Shown here: one piece after another, positions 58,015-64,000 of the stretch | Position numbering within the stretch: the stretch's first letter is position 1 | How the letters are laid out: every line of letters begins with the position of its first letter | Source of the DNA: Gammaproteobacteria bacterium | GTDB taxonomy: Bacteria; Pseudomonadota; Gammaproteobacteria; GCA-001735895 | Length of the DNA: 64,000 nucleotides | Reading direction: 5' to 3' | NCBI GenBank assembly: GCA_029862005.1 | Contig: JAOTYD010000006.1 | Coordinates: forward strand, 5,758-69,757 | Translations under genes and position numbers: made by a program | Notes under the pieces: model-generated | Databases searched by the model: none | Told to the model about the DNA's origin: nothing | What the model saw: the letters and a program-made list of their open reading frames with translations, nothing else

Positions 58015-60288
58015 ATGCCCTTCGATCCCGAAAATCCAGAGATTAATACCCGGGTCTATAATTTTTGTGTCCGGGCATTCCGCACTACCAAGAAACTGCT
58101 GAAGCTCAATATCAAGCTGCACCAGGACGAAAATGCAGAGCACAGTACGGTGCAGCAGGGCGATATCTTTCTATTCAATCATTTCGCACGATTCGAAACT
58201 TTCATTCCGCAATACCTGATCAACGAGGCCACGGGTGCCTATTGCAGGTCCGTTGCCGCGGCGGAGTTTTTTGAAGGCGACGAGAGATTCAGTCAATTCC
58301 TTTACTCCATTGGCGTTGTTCCGAACGACCTGCCAAACCTGTTTCCTTTCCTGGCACGCGAAATATTGCACGGCCGCAAGCTCGTCGTGTTTCCGGAAGG
58401 AGGCATGGTCAAGGATAAACGCGTGGTCGATCGGAAAGGCGAGTTCAGTGTTTTCTCGCGCACCGCCAACGAACGTCGCAAACACCACCGCGGGTCGGCA
58501 GTGATCGCGCTTGCGGTGGATGCGTTTAAAACGGCGTTACTACATGACTTCTCGGCCGGTAAGTATGACCGTGTAGAACGCTGGGCCGAGCAACTGGAAT
58601 TTGATACCGTCGAACACTTGATGCAGAAGGCGATAAAACCCACGGTAATCGTCCCCAGCCACATCACCTTTTACCCGATCCGAGTGAGTGACAACATACT
58701 GCACCAGGCAGCGCGCCTGTTTAACCGGGGTATCAACAAGCGCTTCGCCGAGGAATTGATCATCGAGGGCAACCTTTTGTTCAAGGAAACCGACATGGAT
58801 ATCCGGTTTTCGCGGCCGATCATCGCCGGTGATTACTGGAGCTGGTGGGAAAAGAGACTGCTTCCCAACGTCGTTCACCGATTTGATACCCTGAACGAAT
58901 TATTTGCGCTCAAACCCAGCGCCGGTCATTGGGGTGGGCGCATTCATGCAATCGGCATGAAGGTTAAGTCCAACCATGTACGCGATGATTACATGCGCTC
59001 CATGTACGAGGCGGTTACCGTCAATCTCAGCCATATTGCGTCCCTGATTATTACCAGGCTGTTTGAGCAGGGCCTGACTCAAATCGACTGCGGTCGGTTT
59101 CATAAAATGCTCTACCTGGGTATCAAGCTGTTGCAGAAAACCGAGTACCACTTGCACCGCAGCTTGCGCAATCCGGAAGAGTACGACGCCATTATTAACA
59201 GGGGCAGCAGTCGGCTCGATCAATTTCTCAAAACGACGACAACTATGAAGCTGCTGCATGTAGACCAGGGTAAATACGTGATCGATCAGAAGCTGATCGA
59301 GGATTTTCACGTCGACGACGTTCGTACTGAAAATTTAATCAGCGTCTACGCGAATGAAGTCACGCCATTGTCCAAGATCATCCGAATCATCTCCAACGCG
59401 ATGCAGCAAGCCGATAAAATCAATGCGCGTGCGCTCGCCGATTATCGATTTAACGACCAGCTGCTGGCCTTCGAGTGGGATCAAGAAAAGTACCAGCGCG
59501 AACGCTACGAGGCGATTAATTCGCAGCAAACACAAACTGCCGATGCCAACTGGTATTTTCTCAAATCGAAAGACAAATCAGCTTCGGCAGTACTCCTGGT
59601 TCACGGGTTCCTGTCGGGCCCGGCAGAATTGAGAAGTCTTGGTGAACGCCTGCATGCAGCCGGCCACCATGTACTCGGCGTGCGACTCAAGGGGCATGGC
59701 ACATCACCCTGGGATTTGCGCAACCGTAACTGGCATGAGTGGGTCGCGTCGGTCGAACGAGGTTACGATATTCTGAAGGCTTACAGCCAGTCGGTACACA
59801 TCGTCGGCTTCTCGACAGGTGGCCTGCTGGCCCTGAGTCATGCCGCCAATAATCCGAACGTCCGGATTAAATCGGTGACCAGCGTCAACGCCCCGGTGCA
59901 TTTCAAGAACAAAAACATGGTTTTTGTGCCCCTGGTGCATCATGCCAATCGACTCGTGAGTTGGGTGAGTTCCGAAGGCCTGGTACCCTTCACCCCCAAC
60001 CAACCCGAAAATCCGGAAGTAAATTACCAGCACATCCCGGTCAGGGCGTTATATCAATTACAGCAATTTATCGACCATTTAACTGCAAATAGCCTCACGA
60101 TCAATGCAGATGTCTACCTGTACCAGGGAGATAAGGATCCGGTCGTAGCGCCTTCCAGCGTTAAAACCCTTGATAAACTGATTATTGCTGAAAACAAGGC
60201 CCTGGTTACACTCGACAGTGATATCCACGGTGTGGTTTATCAAAATATCGACGATGTACAACAAAAGATCTGCGCATCTATTCTATAA
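58015..60288 (+). CDS. Glycerolipid acyltransferase-like domain fused to an alpha/beta hydrolase
   Basis: FNHFARFE and VFPEGG acyltransferase-type motifs; VHGFL, GHGTS, GFSTGG, DKDPVV and DIHG hydrolase motifs. Confidence 0.8.
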   Translation: MPFDPENPEINTRVYNFCVRAFRTTKKLLKLNIKLHQDENAEHSTVQQGDIFLFNHFARFETFIPQYLINEATGAYCRSVAAAEFFEGDERFSQFLYSIGVVPNDLPNLFPFLAREILHGRKLVVFPEGGMVKDKRVVDRKGEFSVFSRTANERRKHHRGSAVIALAVDAFKTALLHDFSAGKYDRVERWAEQLEFDTVEHLMQKAIKPTVIVPSHITFYPIRVSDNILHQAARLFNRGINKRFAEELIIEGNLLFKETDMDIRFSRPIIAGDYWSWWEKRLLPNVVHRFDTLNELFALKPSAGHWGGRIHAIGMKVKSNHVRDDYMRSMYEAVTVNLSHIASLIITRLFEQGLTQIDCGRFHKMLYLGIKLLQKTEYHLHRSLRNPEEYDAIINRGSSRLDQFLKTTTTMKLLHVDQGKYVIDQKLIEDFHVDDVRTENLISVYANEVTPLSKIIRIISNAMQQADKINARALADYRFNDQLLAFEWDQEKYQRERYEAINSQQTQTADANWYFLKSKDKSASAVLLVHGFLSGPAELRSLGERLHAAGHHVLGVRLKGHGTSPWDLRNRNWHEWVASVERGYDILKAYSQSVHIVGFSTGGLLALSHAANNPNVRIKSVTSVNAPVHFKNKNMVFVPLVHHANRLVSWVSSEGLVPFTPNQPENPEVNYQHIPVRALYQLQQFIDHLTANSLTINADVYLYQGDKDPVVAPSSVKTLDKLIIAENKALVTLDSDIHGVVYQNIDDVQQKICASIL

Positions 60289-60354
60289 TTAATATTATGT
60301 GAGACTGGCAGATAAGGACAAAGCACAGTAGTTTCAAGGCTTGAAACCCGGTAT

Positions 60355-61650
60355 ATGCATCACCCAACACGCTTACTCGTCTACGGCTTTGCAATCGTCA
60401 TCCTGATGATGGTTACGCTGGCCTTCATCGCGTTCTACGCAACCAGCGATACTAATGGCAACGTAAACCAGCAGGTTTCGCAGCAGCTCGAGAAAATAAA
60501 CCTGATAAACGAGCTGTCGACGATCATCCAGCACCGCACCCGTTTCATGCAATCGATGCTGCTGCATGACGAAGAATTTATCGAGGCCGAGTCATGGCCG
60601 AATTTCAATCGCCTGGAAGGTGCCTATACCGAAACCCGGACACGGTTGTTACCCTTGCTGGCACCTCGCGAGCGCGAAATCATGGAGGCGATCGACCGAC
60701 TTGATCGTGACATCAACGACTTGAATCGACAGGTATCGGTGCTGTTTCTGAACGGCAGTCGTGACGAAGCCAGTAAGATCCTGCTGCGGGAAGTGTTGCC
60801 CAAAACAGCGCCTTTGCTCTCACACCTGTCGGAACTCACCCAGGCGCAACGCATGGATGTACAAAAAGCGCTGCTCATGGCCAGCAGTGACACTGAAAAA
60901 AGTCGCACCCAGATCGTTATTTTTTCGATTATTGCAGTTTTGATCAGCCTGGCTGTGACCTGCATCGCAATTTGGTATGGTCGCAAGCTATCGGGCCAAT
61001 TGCAGAATATGAACGATTACCTGGAGCAGAAAATATATGAACGAACCGAATCGTTGCTCGATACACAGAAGGAGTTGCTCGAAGATAACAACGAGTTAAC
61101 GCGCATGGCTCTAACCGACAGTTTGACCGGGCTGTCCAATCGCACCAGCATGAACCAGATTCTGCACAAGGAATTTGCCCGGTTTGAACGCCACGATCAA
61201 CGTTTCGGTATCATCATGCTGGATATCGATAAATTCAAGAATATTAACGATAGTTATGGCCACGACACCGGAGACAAGGTATTGAGACAGCTGGCAACCA
61301 TTTTCGAAAACGCGATACGTGCCAGCGATTTCGTCGCACGCTGGGGTGGTGAAGAATTCCTGATTTGCTGTACCACGATCGAAGAGGTGGATTTGCTGCC
61401 AATCGCCGAGACCATAAGAAAGCTCGTCGCAAGTACCACCTTCGAGACCGCCGGACAGATCACCGCCAGCCTCGGATGTGCGGCGATTGTGAAAGGCGAA
61501 AGCATCGGCGAACTGATCAAGCGTTCCGACGTTGCGCTTTACGAAGCAAAAAATAACGGCCGCAATCAAACAGTTGTTTCTGAATTCACCGATATCTCGC
61601 TGATCCAGGACCCGGACGATAACCTGGACACGGATTCCCACGACATTTGA
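60355..61650 (+). CDS. Membrane-bound diguanylate cyclase
   Basis: Two TM segments around a helical periplasmic domain; DSLTGLSNR; RASD I-site; GGEEF. Confidence 0.93.
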   Translation: MHHPTRLLVYGFAIVILMMVTLAFIAFYATSDTNGNVNQQVSQQLEKINLINELSTIIQHRTRFMQSMLLHDEEFIEAESWPNFNRLEGAYTETRTRLLPLLAPREREIMEAIDRLDRDINDLNRQVSVLFLNGSRDEASKILLREVLPKTAPLLSHLSELTQAQRMDVQKALLMASSDTEKSRTQIVIFSIIAVLISLAVTCIAIWYGRKLSGQLQNMNDYLEQKIYERTESLLDTQKELLEDNNELTRMALTDSLTGLSNRTSMNQILHKEFARFERHDQRFGIIMLDIDKFKNINDSYGHDTGDKVLRQLATIFENAIRASDFVARWGGEEFLICCTTIEEVDLLPIAETIRKLVASTTFETAGQITASLGCAAIVKGESIGELIKRSDVALYEAKNNGRNQTVVSEFTDISLIQDPDDNLDTDSHDI

Positions 61651-61719
61651 TCCGCAATCCCGGTTACCGCGGCATTGCGGAACTATAATATCCCGATTCG
61701 CAGTTCAAACTTTCCAGGC

Positions 61720-62277
61720 CTAGTCGATGGAATGCAGCTCAACAGTCCGGTCCGGGCCTCGGCTAAACCAGGCGTGATGAACTTTACCCGTCCCATGCTC
61801 AAAAAACAGTTTCAGGCTATGGGTCACAACCGGAAAGGCCAGTTCATTCCAGGGAATCTGCTCACGGGTAAACATCCCGACGTCGAGGCTCTCGTGTCCC
61901 GCTGAAATTTCTTTACTGGCAAGTTCGCCATGGAATATCAAATAAACCTGTGAAATATAAGGCATGCTGAAAATTCCGAACAGGGTCAGCGGGCCGGCCT
62001 GCGCGTTTGCTTCTTCCATCGCTTCACGAGCCGCGGCTTCAGCCACGGTTTCGTTGTTTTCCATGAATCCTGCGGGCAAGGTCCACAAACCATAGCGCGG
62101 CTCGATGGCTCGCTTGCAAAGCAATATTTTATCATCGAGTGTCAGCAGCGCACCGCAAACATTATTCGGATTCTGGTAATGCACGTAGCCGCAGTGATCG
62201 CAAACAAAGCGCTCGCGATTATCGTCGACCGGAATCTTCAAGGTAACCGGCTGGCCGCACTGGCTACAATAGTTCAT
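61720..62277 (-). CDS. Nudix hydrolase with an N-terminal zinc ribbon
   Basis: CSQCG..CDHC; GFMENNETVAEAAAREAMEE Nudix box. Confidence 0.93.
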   Translation of the reverse strand: MNYCSQCGQPVTLKIPVDDNRERFVCDHCGYVHYQNPNNVCGALLTLDDKILLCKRAIEPRYGLWTLPAGFMENNETVAEAAAREAMEEANAQAGPLTLFGIFSMPYISQVYLIFHGELASKEISAGHESLDVGMFTREQIPWNELAFPVVTHSLKLFFEHGTGKVHHAWFSRGPDRTVELHSID

Positions 62278-63017
62278 TGCTGTACCAGCCTAGCTGCATC
62301 GAGTAACAATGATTTCACCTGCCGCATGCCCTGCTCCATGTTAACCATAATATCCCGCATGCTAATAGGCTCATCCTCAACTCCTGCGGCCCAGTTAACA
62401 ACCAGGGCAAGACAGGCATACTCGATCTCCAGTTCGCGCGCCAACGCCGCTTCCGGCATGCCCGTCATGCCGACCACATTACAGCCTTCGTTGCGCATTC
62501 GGTTTATTTCGGCCGCAGTTTCGAGACGCGGACCGTTAGTACTGCCGTAGGTTCCTGATACAACCAGGGGCTGCCCCTTTTGCAAGCCGACCTCGGTCAG
62601 CACCCCGCGCAACTCGGCGCTGTAGGGCCAACTGAAATCAACATGCATCACTTGCGCGTCTTCGCCGTCAAAAAATGTCTGTTCACGTCCTGAACTGTAG
62701 TCGACCAACTGGTTCGGCACCACCAGGGTTCCGGGTTTCATCTCGTCGGTTATGCCACCAACGGCGTTGACCGAGATGATCCTGGAGACGCCGACCTGCT
62801 TCAGTGCCCAGATATTTGCACGATAGTTGACGCGGTGTGGCGGCACGCGATGCCCGGGGCCGTGGCGCGGCAGGAAAACGACCGGAATAGATTGCCAGCG
62901 ACCCTGCAAAACATCCGCCGAAGTATCACCATACGGGGTACGTCGTGGCGCCTGCTCTTCGAGACTGAAGTCTTCTCCCAGCGAATAAAGACCGCTACCG
63001 CCGATGATCGCCAGCAT
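62274..63017 (-). CDS. S-methyl-5'-thioadenosine/thioinosine phosphorylase
   Basis: AIIGGSGL; RHG..H..PPH.VNYRANIWAL; GPRLETAAE; VGMTGMPEAALAREL. Confidence 0.92.
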   Translation of the reverse strand: MLAIIGGSGLYSLGEDFSLEEQAPRRTPYGDTSADVLQGRWQSIPVVFLPRHGPGHRVPPHRVNYRANIWALKQVGVSRIISVNAVGGITDEMKPGTLVVPNQLVDYSSGREQTFFDGEDAQVMHVDFSWPYSAELRGVLTEVGLQKGQPLVVSGTYGSTNGPRLETAAEINRMRNEGCNVVGMTGMPEAALARELEIEYACLALVVNWAAGVEDEPISMRDIMVNMEQGMRQVKSLLLDAARLVQQ

Positions 63018-63571
63018 CAGTCAACCTTTGCAGGCAAGGCATAAATACTCGAAAGATTGCGAAAATGCCCGTTCAAGTCCATGCCAACACCGTAGACATA
63101 GCAGTCGTTGCATTCGAGCCCGACATAGTCCGGCAGGACATCCGCCTTCTTGCGTTCGTGCGTCTTGCCGATCAGGAAAACGCTGCTGCACTTGCTAGCA
63201 CCGTGCTTGAGACAGTAGGACTTGACTTCTTCAAGCGTATAACCCTGGTCGTAGATATCATCGACGATAATCACGTTGCGATCTTTAATCTCGTTTTGGG
63301 GGTAGGCCTTCCACAATACATCTTTACCGAGCGTCTTAAGACGATAGCGCGTGGCATGCACGTAATCGAGCGTTAGCGGAAAGTTCCAGTAACGCAACAG
63401 CTGTCCGGTCAAGTACAGCCCGCCATTCATGACGCATAACACCAGCGGAAAATCCTGTTCGCTGTCCGCTTCAACCTTGCGCGCAAGTTCCCCGATCGCC
63501 TGTTCGACCACTTTCTCGTCGTACAATAATTCGGCCGTCTGGTGGACCTGTTGGGCTCTGTCAGCATTCAT
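63017..63571 (-). CDS. hpt: Hypoxanthine-guanine phosphoribosyltransferase (start at ATG 63571)
   Basis: LCVMNGG; HATRY; VIIVDDIYDQGYTL PRPP motif; YVYGVGMD. Confidence 0.85.
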   Translation of the reverse strand: MNADRAQQVHQTAELLYDEKVVEQAIGELARKVEADSEQDFPLVLCVMNGGLYLTGQLLRYWNFPLTLDYVHATRYRLKTLGKDVLWKAYPQNEIKDRNVIIVDDIYDQGYTLEEVKSYCLKHGASKCSSVFLIGKTHERKKADVLPDYVGLECNDCYVYGVGMDLNGHFRNLSSIYALPAKVD

Positions 63572-63572
63572 G

Positions 63573-64000
63573 TCAGGAATTATCAATCGCAATGGGTTCG
63601 CCAATATGAATTGTCGACGTCGGAAATGCAATCTCGGCGTTATTCGCCTCGACGATATCGGCAATGCGCAACATCACGTCCTGTTTAACCTGGTGAAATT
63701 TTCCCCACAGCGTGGTCCTGGTAAAGCAGTAGATGAAAAAGTCGACCGACGAATCTGAAAATTCATTGAAGTTAACCATCAGGGTCTTGTCGGAATCGAT
63801 TTCGTCGTGCGACCTCAACATGGCTTCCACCTCGGCCACAACCTTATCCATGCTGGTCAGGTCTGAGTAACGCAGGCCGATGGTCTCGTAAATACGACGA
63901 TTGGCCATGCGCGAGGGATTTTCAACAATGATTGTCGTGAAAACGGAGTTGGGTACATACAGCGGCCTGGACTGAAAATCACGGATCATCGTTACCCGCC
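63573..64000 (-). CDS. MscS-family mechanosensitive channel, C-terminal part (runs off the window edge)
   Basis: RPLYVPNSVF; ENPSRM.NRRIYETIGLRY; IAFPTSTI. Confidence 0.9.
   Translation of the reverse strand, partial: RVTMIRDFQSRPLYVPNSVFTTIIVENPSRMANRRIYETIGLRYSDLTSMDKVVAEVEAMLRSHDEIDSDKTLMVNFNEFSDSSVDFFIYCFTRTTLWGKFHQVKQDVMLRIADIVEANNAEIAFPTSTIHIGEPIAIDNS

Noticed and set aside
60285-60320. Possible sigma28 promoter (GCAGATAA) before the diguanylate cyclase
   Set aside because: Mismatched -10 and no well-spaced -35; too weak to call.

Overview
Chromosomal window from a flagellated gammaproteobacterium. The FleQ/FleSR-type sigma54/sigma28 hierarchy and gene content are read from the proteins; the exact taxon cannot be determined from this window. 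Positions 1-29.7 kb hold a minus-strand flagellar cluster: flgG-L, fliC, flaG, fliD, fliS, fliT, fleQ, fleSR, fliE-R, flhB and the start of flhA, with recognisable sigma54, sigma28, IHF and FleQ-like sites. Positions 29.8-36.6 kb carry a Lys/Ala-rich protein, a CBS protein, a TIGR02647-like protein, queA-tgt-yajC-secDF and tRNA-Leu(CAA). From the tRNA to about 48.3 kb is an AT-richer accessory tract and the main finding: unrelated one- or two-gene units (HD-GYP plus GGDEF-EAL, DoxX, PEP-CTERM, an SDR remnant, an orphan TmoX-like binding protein, an imine-reductase-like enzyme, a 2TM channel, a Glu/Leu/Phe/Val dehydrogenase, a metallophosphoesterase). These units are separated by 9-10 copies of a degenerate ~120-bp element made of three palindromic subunits with near-invariant spacing. 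It resembles a gene-cassette array, but the sites are not integron attC, dif or CRISPR repeats, and no recombinase is encoded in the window. Positions 48.4-64 kb carry a choline kinase, ibpA, a one-polypeptide phosphorelay-EAL protein, a thioredoxin-like protein, a VWA gene pair, an acyltransferase-esterase fusion, a diguanylate cyclase and the mscS-hpt-MTA/MTI phosphorylase-Nudix genes. All calls come from reading motifs by eye; no database searches were run.
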